The notes beneath the pieces are model-generated. The model was not told the origin of the DNA and made no database searches. It saw only the letters and a program-made list of their open reading frames with translations. A stretch of DNA of 22,569 nt from a bacterium (GTDB taxonomy: Bacteria > Zhuqueibacterota > Zhuqueibacteria > Zhuqueibacterales > Zhuqueibacteraceae), in assembly GCA_044869275.1 (NCBI GenBank), contig JBIOXB010000054.1, positions 1 through 22,569 on the forward strand. Reading direction: 5' to 3'. Shown one piece after another: positions 7,613 through 16,203 of this stretch (position 1 is its first letter; each line of letters begins with the position of its first letter). Made by a program: the position numbers and the translations under genes.

Positions 7613-8704
7613 ATGCGGAAAATGTTAAACAATCGTACAAAAGTTTTCCCTTCGATTTGGCTCCAATGTTTAGCTTTTCTTTCAATCTCTTTTCGATCCT
7701 ATGCTCAGGAATCAATCTCTGTCGTCGACGCCATTGGCATCACGGTTTCGGATATGGATCGCGCACTTGATTTTTACACGAAGGTTCTCACTTTCGAGAA
7801 AGTTTCCGAGATCGAAGTCGCCGGCGAGGCATACGAACATTTGCAGGGCGTTTTCGGTCTGCGCATGCGCGTCGCACGTTTGAAACTCGGAGAAGAGTTT
7901 ATCGAGCTGATGGACTATCTCGCCCCCGAAGGCCGGCCGGTTCCGGTTGATATGCGCAGCAATGATCGCTGGTTTCAGCACATCGCCATCGTGGTGAGTG
8001 ATATGGACCGAGCCTACGCGCATTTGCGCCAGCACAAAGTGCAACACGCCTCCAGCGGCCCGCAACGCATTCCAGATTGGAACAAAGTCGCGGCCGGTAT
8101 TCGCGCGTTCTACTTCCGCGATCCGGATGGCCATCATTTGGAGATCATTTACTTCCCCGCGGGCAAAGGCGATCCCAAATGGCAGAGCCAGGGGCAGATG
8201 GCAGATGGCAAGGAGCAAGGAGCAGAGGGCATAGCGCAGAGGGCGGAGGGCAAGTTGTTTTTGGGCATTGATCACACGGCCATAGTGGTCGCGAACACGG
8301 AAGAGAGCTTGAAATTTTATCGCGATTTGTTGGGATTGGAAGTGGCGGGTGAAAGCGAGAATTACGGCACGGAGCAGGAACATCTCAACAATGTCTTTGG
8401 CGCACGCTTGCGCATCAGCGGCCTGCGCGCCGCGCAAGGACCGGGCATCGAGTTTCTCGAATACTTAACACCGCGTGATGGTCGTCCTACGCCGGATGAT
8501 ATTCGTGCAAACGACCTGATGCACTGGCAAACCACGCTCGTCATATCGAGCGCGGATGCTGTGCTGCAACGCCTGCGTCATAGTGGCGCGAGATTCATCT
8601 CGCCTGCGACAACGGTGATGATTCCTGAAGCTGCACTCGGTTTTAGCAAGGCCTTCCTCGTGCGCGATCGAGATGGCCATGCGATGCGGGTAGCGGAGAA
8701 ATAA
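7613..8704 (+). CDS. Double-domain VOC (glyoxalase/bleomycin-resistance-like) protein, probably exported
   Basis: Two VOC repeats (IGITVSDMDRALDFYTKVL...IELMDY...FQHIAIVVSDMD...FYFRDPDGHHLEI; GIDHTAIVV...SLKFYRDLLG...IEFLEY...LVRDRDGHA). Start moved to ATG 7613 after AAGGAG; possible signal peptide ending SYA|QE. Confidence 0.88.
   Translation: MRKMLNNRTKVFPSIWLQCLAFLSISFRSYAQESISVVDAIGITVSDMDRALDFYTKVLTFEKVSEIEVAGEAYEHLQGVFGLRMRVARLKLGEEFIELMDYLAPEGRPVPVDMRSNDRWFQHIAIVVSDMDRAYAHLRQHKVQHASSGPQRIPDWNKVAAGIRAFYFRDPDGHHLEIIYFPAGKGDPKWQSQGQMADGKEQGAEGIAQRAEGKLFLGIDHTAIVVANTEESLKFYRDLLGLEVAGESENYGTEQEHLNNVFGARLRISGLRAAQGPGIEFLEYLTPRDGRPTPDDIRANDLMHWQTTLVISSADAVLQRLRHSGARFISPATTVMIPEAALGFSKAFLVRDRDGHAMRVAEK
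8191..8253 (+). repeat. In-frame array of nine heptamers inside the VOC interdomain linker
   Basis: ggggcag atggcag atggcaa ggagcaa ggagcag agggcat agcgcag agggcgg agggcaa = 63 nt; same family as 18210-18356. Confidence 0.8.
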
Positions 8705-8752
8705 TTACACAAGCTCCATGCAATGAGATTTACTTCATGATCCAGATGTTGA

Positions 8753-8781
8753 GGTTAGGAATCCTTCCGATCTCCGATAAA
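8753..8781 (+). promoter_or_regulatory. Degenerate copy of the ECF-type promoter, GGTTAGG-N15-CGATAAA, upstream of the glucosidase
   Basis: Same 15-nt spacing and position (~32 nt before ATG 8813); 5/7 match in the -35 box and one mismatch in the -10 box. Confidence 0.45.
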
Positions 8782-8812
8782 GTTTTAGTGAATCCATAAC
8801 GGCGGAGTGTTT

Positions 8813-11446
8813 ATGAACGCGGAGAAAAAACGCCTCGAGGAGGCGCGCCTGCAAAAGGCGGCGTGGAAGAAATGGGGGCCGTATGTGACCGAGCGGCAAT
8901 GGGGCACGGTGCGCGAGGATTACAGCCCCTATGGCAATGCGTGGGAATACGTCTCCCACGACGCCAGCCGCAGCAAAGCGTTTCGCTGGGGTGAAGAAGG
9001 CATAGCGGGAATTTCTGACGAGCGTCAGTTGTTGTGCTTCAGCTTGGCGCTGTGGAACGGTCAAGATGCCATTTTGAAAGAGCGCCTATTCGGCCTGACC
9101 GGTAATGAGGGCAATCACGGGGAAGACGTGAAGGAGTATTACTATTACCTCGACAGCACGCCGACGCATTCGTACATGAAAATGCTGTACAAATATCCGC
9201 AGGCGGAATTTCCGTACAGCCGGCTGGCCGAAGAAAACCGCCGGCGCGGCAAAGGCGCACCGGAATTTGAGCTGATTGACACGGGGATTTTCGATGAAGA
9301 TCGCTATTTCGATGTGTTCGTCGAATATGCCAAAGCGGGCACGGATGATCTATTGATTCGCCTCACGGCGCACAATCGCGGGCCGGAAGCGGCAACCGCA
9401 CATGTGCTGCCGACGGTTTGGTTTCGCAATACCTGGTCATGGGGCTTGAATGGGCATAAACCCAGCATGAGTATTGACACGCGGGGCGGCGTTGAAATCA
9501 ATCAATCTGATCTTGGCAAATTTTGGCTGAAGTGCGAAGGCGTCCCGAAAATCTTGTTCTGTGAAAACGAGACGAACAGCAAGCGTTTATATAATGTCAG
9601 TGACCCGCGAGGGTATGCCAAAGATGGAATCAACGATTATCTCGTTCACCATGATGCGGCTGCGGTGAACCCCATGCAATTGGGCACGAAAGCCGCGGCG
9701 CATTATCAGCTTGAAATTCCGCCGGGAAAATCGTCCAGCATTCGTTTGCGCTTGACCAATTCAAATGCAGCCAGGCCTTTTGCTGACTTCGATGATATCT
9801 TCGCCCTGCGCCAGCAGGAGGCCGATGAGTTTTACGCAGAGATTCAAGCGCTCATCAAAGACGAGGACGCCAGGAACGTGCAACGCCAGGCCTTCGCGGG
9901 CATGCTGTGGTCGAAGCAGTTTTTCTATTTCGACATTCCGCAATGGCTGAACGGCGATCCGGGCCAGCCAGCGCCGCCGGTGCAGCGCAAGCGCGGCCGC
10001 AACAGCGAATGGACACACCTCAACAATGCCGACATTATTTCGATGCCGGATAAATGGGAATATCCCTGGTATGCCGCCTGGGATCTCGCGTTCCATTGCC
10101 TGCCGCTGGCGATGATCGATCCTGATTTTGCAAAAGAGCAGCTGATGCTGCTCACGCGCGAGTGGTACATGCATCCCAACGGCCAATTGCCGGCGTATGA
10201 ATGGGCGTTTGGCGACGTGAATCCGCCCGTGCATGCCTGGGCAGCGTGGCGGGTTTTTCAAATCGATCGCAAGAGGAACAACGCCAAGGGCGATCTTGTT
10301 TTTCTCGAGCGTGTCTTTCAGAAACTTCTGTTGAATTTTACCTGGTGGGTGAATCGCAAAGACGCCCACGGTATGAACATCTTTCAAGGCGGATTTCTCG
10401 GGCTGGACAACATCGGCGTGTTCGACCGCAGCGCGCCATTGCCCACCGGCGGCCATATCGCGCAAGCGGACGGCACGAGCTGGATGGCGATGTATTCGCT
10501 CAACATGATGCGCATCGCATTGGAGCTGGCGCTGCACAATCACGTCTACGAAGATATGGCCACGAAATTCCTCGAGCATTTTCTCTACATTGCCGGCGCC
10601 ACCGCCAACATCGGCGGCGAGGGCATCAACTTGTGGGATCAACAGGATGAATTCTTTTACGATGTCTTGCATCTGCCGAACGATGCGAAGATCACGCTGA
10701 AAGTGCGCTCGATGGTGGGATTGATTCCGCTCTTTGCAGTGGAAACACTCGAGCCGGAATTACTTGACAAAGTGCCAGAATTCAAGCATCGTCTCGAATG
10801 GTTTCTCAACCATCGCCCGGATTTAGCGAACTTGGTTTCGCGCTGGTCTGAGCACGGCATGGGCGAGCGCCGGCTGCTCTCGCTGCTGCGCGGCCATCGC
10901 ATGAAACGCTTGCTCAAGCGCATGCTGGATGAGACGGAATTTCTCTCGGACTATGGCGTGCGAGCACTCTCGCGAGTGCATGATGACAAGCCTTACGTTT
11001 TTCATGTGAACGGCAACGCCTTCACAGTGAAGTATCAGCCGGCGGAATCGGATTCCGGTTTGTTCGGCGGCAATTCCAACTGGCGCGGCCCAATCTGGAT
11101 GCCGGTGAATTATCTCATCATCGAGTCGCTGCAGAAGTTTCATCACTATTATGGCGGCGATTTTAAAATCGAGTGCCCGACCGGGTCCGGCAAGTTCCTG
11201 ACGATTAACGAGGTGGCGAATGAGCTTGCGCGCCGGCTCTCGCGCATATTCCTGCGGGATGAAAATGGCAAACGCCCGGTGTTCAACTACAATGAAAAAA
11301 TTCAAAACGATCCGCATTTTCGTGATTATGTTCTGTTCCACGAGTATTTTCACGGCGACAGCGGTCGCGGCGTAGGCGCCTCGCATCAAACCGGCTGGAC
11401 CGGGCTGGTCGCGAAATTATTGCAGCCGCGCGCGGTTGAGACATAA
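8813..11446 (+). CDS. MGH1-like / GH63-related alpha-glucosidase ((alpha/alpha)6 glycoside hydrolase)
   Basis: [95 protein letters not shown]. Start ATG 8813 after GGAG. Confidence 0.9.
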   Translation: MNAEKKRLEEARLQKAAWKKWGPYVTERQWGTVREDYSPYGNAWEYVSHDASRSKAFRWGEEGIAGISDERQLLCFSLALWNGQDAILKERLFGLTGNEGNHGEDVKEYYYYLDSTPTHSYMKMLYKYPQAEFPYSRLAEENRRRGKGAPEFELIDTGIFDEDRYFDVFVEYAKAGTDDLLIRLTAHNRGPEAATAHVLPTVWFRNTWSWGLNGHKPSMSIDTRGGVEINQSDLGKFWLKCEGVPKILFCENETNSKRLYNVSDPRGYAKDGINDYLVHHDAAAVNPMQLGTKAAAHYQLEIPPGKSSSIRLRLTNSNAARPFADFDDIFALRQQEADEFYAEIQALIKDEDARNVQRQAFAGMLWSKQFFYFDIPQWLNGDPGQPAPPVQRKRGRNSEWTHLNNADIISMPDKWEYPWYAAWDLAFHCLPLAMIDPDFAKEQLMLLTREWYMHPNGQLPAYEWAFGDVNPPVHAWAAWRVFQIDRKRNNAKGDLVFLERVFQKLLLNFTWWVNRKDAHGMNIFQGGFLGLDNIGVFDRSAPLPTGGHIAQADGTSWMAMYSLNMMRIALELALHNHVYEDMATKFLEHFLYIAGATANIGGEGINLWDQQDEFFYDVLHLPNDAKITLKVRSMVGLIPLFAVETLEPELLDKVPEFKHRLEWFLNHRPDLANLVSRWSEHGMGERRLLSLLRGHRMKRLLKRMLDETEFLSDYGVRALSRVHDDKPYVFHVNGNAFTVKYQPAESDSGLFGGNSNWRGPIWMPVNYLIIESLQKFHHYYGGDFKIECPTGSGKFLTINEVANELARRLSRIFLRDENGKRPVFNYNEKIQNDPHFRDYVLFHEYFHGDSGRGVGASHQTGWTGLVAKLLQPRAVET

Positions 11447-11461
11447 ATTAACCGCTGGGAT

Positions 11462-11490
11462 TGTAAGGTTGCCGCGTAAAACACGACAAC
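11462..11490 (+). promoter_or_regulatory. Putative ECF sigma promoter TGTAAGG-N15-CGACAAC for glucose dehydrogenase
   Basis: tgtaagg ttgccgcgtaaaaca cgacaac, ~58 nt before ATG 11548. Confidence 0.75.
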
Positions 11491-11547
11491 TCTACGGTAG
11501 TGAAGAAATCGACCTTCCAACAGATTGTTGTATCTTACGGAGACAAT

Positions 11548-12651
11548 ATGAAAGCGATTGCGGTTCTTCCAGGAAAGCCTAATTCTACGCATCTGCGTGA
11601 GGTGCCGAAACCGAGCATTTCCGAGGCACCGGGTGGCCGGGGCGTGCTGGTGAAGGTTTTGCGCGTCGGTGTCGATGGCACCGACAAAGAAATCAATGCT
11701 GCAGAGTATGGGGCTGCGCCTCCAGGTTACGATTATCTCATCACCGGCCACGAGTCCTTTGGCGTTGTCGAAGAAATCGGGCCAAAGGTAACGGAATTGA
11801 AGGTGGGTGATTACGTGGTGGCCACGGTTCGGCGTCCCGGCAGCTCGATCTATGATCAGATCGGCGCGTATGACATGACCACCGATGACTTGTATTACGA
11901 GCGCGGCATCAATTTGCGCCATGGCTTTCTCGCCGAATACTACGTCGATGATCCCGAGTATATCGTGAAATTCCCCCGCGGCTTGAAAGAAGTTGGCGTG
12001 TTACTTGAGCCGATGACGGTCGTTGAGAAAGGCATTGCGCAAGCCTACGAAATTCAGCGCCGCCTCAGAGTATGGCGTCCGCGCCGCGCCGCGGTAATGG
12101 GCGCCGGCACGATCGGCCTGCTGGCAACGCTGGTGCTGCGTTTGCGCGGCCTGGAAGTGACGACCTTTGGCCGCACGCCGAAGCCTTATCTTAATTCCGA
12201 CTTGATTGAGACGCTGGGCGCACGCTACGAATCAACCAGCGATTTGCCGATACTTGCTGGCGCTCAGAAATACGGACCGTTCGATATTGTTTTTGAAGCG
12301 ACGGGCGCTTCCTCCATCGTCTTCGAGAGCATGCAGGCGCTCGGCAAGAATGGCGTGCTCGTGCTCTCCAGCGTGACCGGCGGCAACAAAATGATCGAAG
12401 TGGCGGCGGACAAGATCAACCTCGAGTTCGTGCTTGGCAACAAAGTGACGGTCGGCACGGTAAACGCCAATCGCGAATATTTTGAGATGGGCGTAAAAGA
12501 TATGGCTCACGCCGAAGCCGAATATCGCGGCTGGTTGAAACGCCTGCTGACGCATCCGGTCAAAGGCCTTGAGAATTACCAAGAGCTGCTCGACAAGCTG
12601 ACGACCGCCAAGGGCGCGATCAAAGTGTTTTGCGAAGTCGCGGAGCTATAA
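11548..12651 (+). CDS. gdh: Zinc-dependent (MDR family) glucose 1-dehydrogenase, Haloferax-type
   Basis: [69 protein letters not shown]. Start ATG 11548 after GGAG. Confidence 0.88.
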   Translation: MKAIAVLPGKPNSTHLREVPKPSISEAPGGRGVLVKVLRVGVDGTDKEINAAEYGAAPPGYDYLITGHESFGVVEEIGPKVTELKVGDYVVATVRRPGSSIYDQIGAYDMTTDDLYYERGINLRHGFLAEYYVDDPEYIVKFPRGLKEVGVLLEPMTVVEKGIAQAYEIQRRLRVWRPRRAAVMGAGTIGLLATLVLRLRGLEVTTFGRTPKPYLNSDLIETLGARYESTSDLPILAGAQKYGPFDIVFEATGASSIVFESMQALGKNGVLVLSSVTGGNKMIEVAADKINLEFVLGNKVTVGTVNANREYFEMGVKDMAHAEAEYRGWLKRLLTHPVKGLENYQELLDKLTTAKGAIKVFCEVAEL

Positions 12652-12689
12652 ATCAGAAGTTGTTGGCAAAATCTCCAGCGGATCAAAAC

Positions 12690-12735
12690 GACCCAGCTGA
12701 TATAAACGACCAGTTGGGTCTGTCTTTCTATTTCT
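12690..12735 (+). terminator. Probable intrinsic terminator after gdh
   Basis: 10-bp stem gacccagctg (12690-12699) / cagttgggtc (12711-12720) with one G-U pair, followed by T-rich tgtctttctatttct. Confidence 0.55.
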
Positions 12736-12800
12736 GGTTAATATGCCGGCAATAGCGGCGGGCGGAGTTTTGTGGGGCTTCAAGTTTTTATTATGGATCG

Positions 12801-12829
12801 TGTAAGGTGTTACGCCGCTCACCGACTAA
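12801..12829 (+). promoter_or_regulatory. Putative ECF sigma promoter TGTAAGG-N15-CGACTAA for the anti-sigma/debranching enzyme operon
   Basis: tgtaagg tgttacgccgctcac cgactaa, downstream of the gdh terminator and ~79 nt before ATG 12908. Confidence 0.75.
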
Positions 12830-12907
12830 ACATGGGGCGAGGCCGTTTCGTCCTTCCAATTGGTGTAATGGATATGAAAATTGATCATGTGAAGAACCAA
12901 AGAAGTA

Positions 12908-13243
12908 ATGGCAAAAACGAGATTGGACAGGCTTATGAAAATAAACGAAATGTTGGTGACATGGTTGGCGCGGCGATTATCCAATTGCCAAGAAGTCACG
13001 CGCATGGCCTCGGATGCGATGGAGCGAAAACTTTCGCTGCCTCGATGGATTGATATGAAATTGCATTTTTTAATTTGCGCTGCGTGTTACAGGTATTTCA
13101 AGCAACTCCAATTCATGAGAAAAATTGCCCGCCAACACGGGGCGCAAGCCGAAGACCCGGTGTCTTCACCCACCTCTTCTCTTTCTCCCGAAGCTCGCGA
13201 ACGGATGAAACGCAGACTGGACATTCCTCCTCAAAGAGAATAA
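12908..13243 (+). CDS. Small soluble zf-HC2 / ZAS zinc-binding anti-sigma-factor-like protein
   Basis: C27-x25-H53-x3-C57-x2-C60 (NCQEVTRMASDAMERKLS...KLHFLICAACYRYFKQL) and C-terminal LSPEARERMKRRL; no TM segment. Start may be ATG 12935. Confidence 0.85.
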   Translation: MAKTRLDRLMKINEMLVTWLARRLSNCQEVTRMASDAMERKLSLPRWIDMKLHFLICAACYRYFKQLQFMRKIARQHGAQAEDPVSSPTSSLSPEARERMKRRLDIPPQRE

Positions 13244-13253
13244 GGATCTCGGC

Positions 13254-15287
13254 ATGTCTATTTTTTTTGATAAATCCATTACACAAAATTTTGATGAAGC
13301 CGTGCGGCGCGAATGGCTCGAAACCAATGGGCTGGGCGGCTGGGCCAGCTCCACGATCGCTGGCGCACATACGCGGCGTTATCATGGGTTGTTGGTCGCG
13401 GCCACGCATCCGCCGGTGGGGCGCATGGTTCTCCTTTCCAAGCTGGATGAAACGATTGTTCTCAACGGCCGGCGCTTCGAGCTGGGCTGCAATCGTTATC
13501 CTGGCGTTGTGCATCCACAAGGCTACCAATATCTGCAATCCTTCACCAAAGATCTGTTTCCGGTGTTTGAATTTGAAGCGGGTGGCGTTCGGCTACGCAA
13601 AACAATTGTCGCGGTCGATGGTGAAAATACCACGTTGGTTTTGTATGAAGTCCTGAGCGCACCGGCGGCTTTCTCGCTTGAGCTGCGGCCGTTTATCGCT
13701 TATCGCGATTATCACAGTATGACCCATGCCAACGGCGCCATCAGGTGTGGGGCGAATTTCAACCTCGGCGTTTTGCGTGTGCAGCCTTACGACGGTTTGC
13801 CCGAATTATTCCTTGCGATTCCCGGCGCGGCCTTCGAAGCACAGCCCGATTGGTATCGCAATTTCGAATACAGTATCGAGCAATATCGCGGGCTGGATCA
13901 TCGCGAAGATCTATTTACACACGGACTGTTTAAGCTCAGCTTGAAATCCGGTGATACACTGGGCGCCGTTATTTCAACGAATAATCCAGAAAATCGTGAA
14001 GCATTTAAATTGTTCGCCGGCGAAAAGCGTCGTCGCGAAAAACTTCTCGATGGTCCCAGCAACAAAGACGAGTTTTCCAAAATTTTGACGCTGGCCGCGG
14101 ATCAATTCATCGTCAAGCGCGGCGAAGATTTGCGCACCATCATCGCCGGGTATCATTGGTTCTCGGATTGGGGTCGCGATACCATGATCGCGCTGCCTGG
14201 CATTTGCCTCGTCACCGGTCGTTTCGATGACGCTAAGAAGATTCTGCGCGCCTTTGCCCAGAGCACCAGCCAGGGGATGTTGCCAAATCGTTTTCCGGAC
14301 GCCGGTGAGCAGCCGGAGTACAACACGGTTGACGCAACGCTGTGGTTTTTTGTGGCGATTTACAAATATCTGCAAGCCAGCGGTGACGAGGCACTCGTGC
14401 GTGAGGAACTGATGCCAATTCTGCGCGACCTCCTTGCGTGGCACGACCGTGGCACGCGCTATCGCATTCACGTTGATGCCGACGGCTTGCTCTATGCCGG
14501 CGTGCCAGGTGTGCAGCTCACTTGGATGGATGCCAAAATCGGCGATTGGGTGGTGACCCCACGACAAGGCAAAGCCGTTGAGATCAACGCGCTGTGGTAC
14601 AATGCGCTGATGATTTTCGCCGAATTATCCCAGCGGTTTGGCAATGCCGCTGAAGTGAGGCAATTCTCTCAACGCGCCGAACAGGTCAAAACGAGATTCG
14701 GTGAAGTTTTCTTGAACAAAGCTGCGGGTTATCTTTACGATTACATTGATGGCGAGCACCAGGATGTCGCGCTTCGTCCGAATCAAATCTTTGCGCTGAG
14801 CTTGCCTTTCCCATTGTTGGAGGGCAAATATGCAGAACAAGTTTTGAAGATTGTCGAAGAAAAATTGCACACACCGGTTGGTTTGCGCAGTCTCGCTGTC
14901 AATGAATCTGGCTATCGCCCACATTATGGCGGTGATTCATGGTCGCGTGACAGTGCTTATCATCAAGGCACGGTTTGGAGTTGGCTGCTCGGGCCGCTGA
15001 TCACGGCGATTGTCCGAGTTGAAGGCGAGGCCGGGAAGCAGCGTGCAAAGCAGCTGCTTGAGCAAATCAAACCGCACCTGAGCGACGCGGGCATTGGCAC
15101 AATCTCCGAAATCTTTGATGCCGAACCGCCACATGCGCCGCGCGGCTGCATGGCGCAAGCGTGGGGAGTTGCCGAAGTCTTGCGGGCGTATATTGAAGAC
15201 GTGATGGCGCAGACGCCAACGGTGAAGCCGGTGCGTGCTCCAAAGAAGGCAACAACAGCGAAATCCCCAATAATGGAGATGGCATAG
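13254..15287 (+). CDS. Amylo-alpha-1,6-glucosidase (archaeal-type glycogen debranching enzyme, GDE_N + GDE_C)
   Basis: EWLETNGLGG, TRRYHGLL, IIAGYHWFSDWGRDTMIALPG, YNTVDATLW, LTWMDAK, PRQGKAVEINALWYNAL, RPNQIFA, YHQGTVWSWLLG, EIFD..PPH.PRGC.AQAW. RBS AAGGA overlaps the upstream stop codon. Confidence 0.93.
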   Translation: MSIFFDKSITQNFDEAVRREWLETNGLGGWASSTIAGAHTRRYHGLLVAATHPPVGRMVLLSKLDETIVLNGRRFELGCNRYPGVVHPQGYQYLQSFTKDLFPVFEFEAGGVRLRKTIVAVDGENTTLVLYEVLSAPAAFSLELRPFIAYRDYHSMTHANGAIRCGANFNLGVLRVQPYDGLPELFLAIPGAAFEAQPDWYRNFEYSIEQYRGLDHREDLFTHGLFKLSLKSGDTLGAVISTNNPENREAFKLFAGEKRRREKLLDGPSNKDEFSKILTLAADQFIVKRGEDLRTIIAGYHWFSDWGRDTMIALPGICLVTGRFDDAKKILRAFAQSTSQGMLPNRFPDAGEQPEYNTVDATLWFFVAIYKYLQASGDEALVREELMPILRDLLAWHDRGTRYRIHVDADGLLYAGVPGVQLTWMDAKIGDWVVTPRQGKAVEINALWYNALMIFAELSQRFGNAAEVRQFSQRAEQVKTRFGEVFLNKAAGYLYDYIDGEHQDVALRPNQIFALSLPFPLLEGKYAEQVLKIVEEKLHTPVGLRSLAVNESGYRPHYGGDSWSRDSAYHQGTVWSWLLGPLITAIVRVEGEAGKQRAKQLLEQIKPHLSDAGIGTISEIFDAEPPHAPRGCMAQAWGVAEVLRAYIEDVMAQTPTVKPVRAPKKATTAKSPIMEMA

Positions 15288-15444
15288 TCATGATCAACAA
15301 TTCTCCAGGTGAGCCGCACTGTGGATGATGGCCATGGCTTTGAGAACGCGCAGAGACCTTCTTAATGGACTTCCTCGGGTTTTCAGACGAGCTGAAAACC
15401 GAAACCAGAGGGCAGCAGCAATGGCACAATTATCCTGCAAAAAA

Positions 15445-15562
15445 GCAGAAGGCAGAAAGATGCAGGACAAAAAAATGTTTGCCGTTTGCTCTATCCCATC
15501 ACTAACCAGACTCAGAGCATGACGTCCATTGCCATCTTTCTGTACTTCATTTTTCTGTCATT
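15445..15562. repeat. Inverted pair of ~14-mer doublets (RCAGAAARATG-like)
   Basis: ggcagaaagatg caggacaaaaaaatg (~15451-15477) faces gccatctttctgtacttcatttttctgtcatt (15531-15562; reverse complement aatgacagaaaaatgaagtacagaaagatggc). Confidence 0.55.
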
Positions 15563-15570
15563 GCTTTTGC

Positions 15571-16110
15571 TCAATTCGACGCAACATTTCCAAAATAACT
15601 CTTGCTGAAGGGGTGAAGATCGTAAGCACCGCCGGTCCGCGATGCGGCAGGGCAAATCGGAAGGTGGTGAAGTGGTTGAAAGGGTTCGAATGCCGCTTTT
15701 TTTTCAATCGTGTCGCTCTGATCGAATTCGACGAAGTGGTTTTCAATGCCGGTTTTGCCAATTATTTCACGCGGCTTGGCTAAATCGGCGCCCGTCTCCG
15801 GATGTGATTTATGAACTCAACCAGGAATGAAGAAAATAATATAGGGTGAAAAATCTGAACGTGGTTGGAAGGTTATCGTGTCTTTGCGGTTCACAAATTC
15901 TTCATGATAAGCTCTCTGCAGCGGTTGGTTCGCTTGATTATCCAAAATGTGCCTGGCAAGATAAAGCGCGGCAAAATCCACCGAAAAGGCGTTGGAAAGA
16001 TGTTTGAGATGGTCAGGCACTGGCAGAGACAAGCTGTCCGTGTGCCGATGGATTGTGTGTGGTGAGCGCTCTTCCCTACAAATGCCCGAGGCGCACCCCG
16101 TCGAGCACAA
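15571..16110 (-). pseudogene. Probable decayed gene (possibly alpha/beta-hydrolase-like) with an in-frame TGA at 15817-15819
   Basis: ORF 15817..16110 continues in frame past TGA for 81 more sense codons to TGA 15571: ...SNAFSVDFAALYLARHILDNQANQPLQRAYHEEF...PYIIFFIPG*VHKSHPETGADLAKPREIIGKTGIENHFVEFDQSDTIEKKAAF... Composition is protein-like; no good start or RBS. Confidence 0.5.
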
Positions 16111-16203
16111 TCCCGAGTCAGGTTTTCATAGTGGTGCATGATTGGACTTGCAGGACGAAAAAAGGCAATTGCAATTTTTCTCTAGCACGAGCGCTGCACC
16201 ACC

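Noticed and set aside
12652..13053. ECF sigma gene or remnant upstream of the ZAS gene, including ORF 12772..13053
   Set aside because: No sigma region 2 or 4 motifs recognised; the ORF overlaps the promoter motif and the ZAS gene out of frame.
15422..15439. TGGCAC...TGCA resembling a sigma54 promoter
   Set aside because: GG-to-GC spacing is 2 nt too long for a -24/-12 promoter, and no credible gene follows on that strand.
15325..15830. Short + strand ORFs 15325..15522, 15529..15783 and 15642..15830
   Set aside because: They run through repeat sequence or are antisense to the probable pseudogene; no RBS or motif support.
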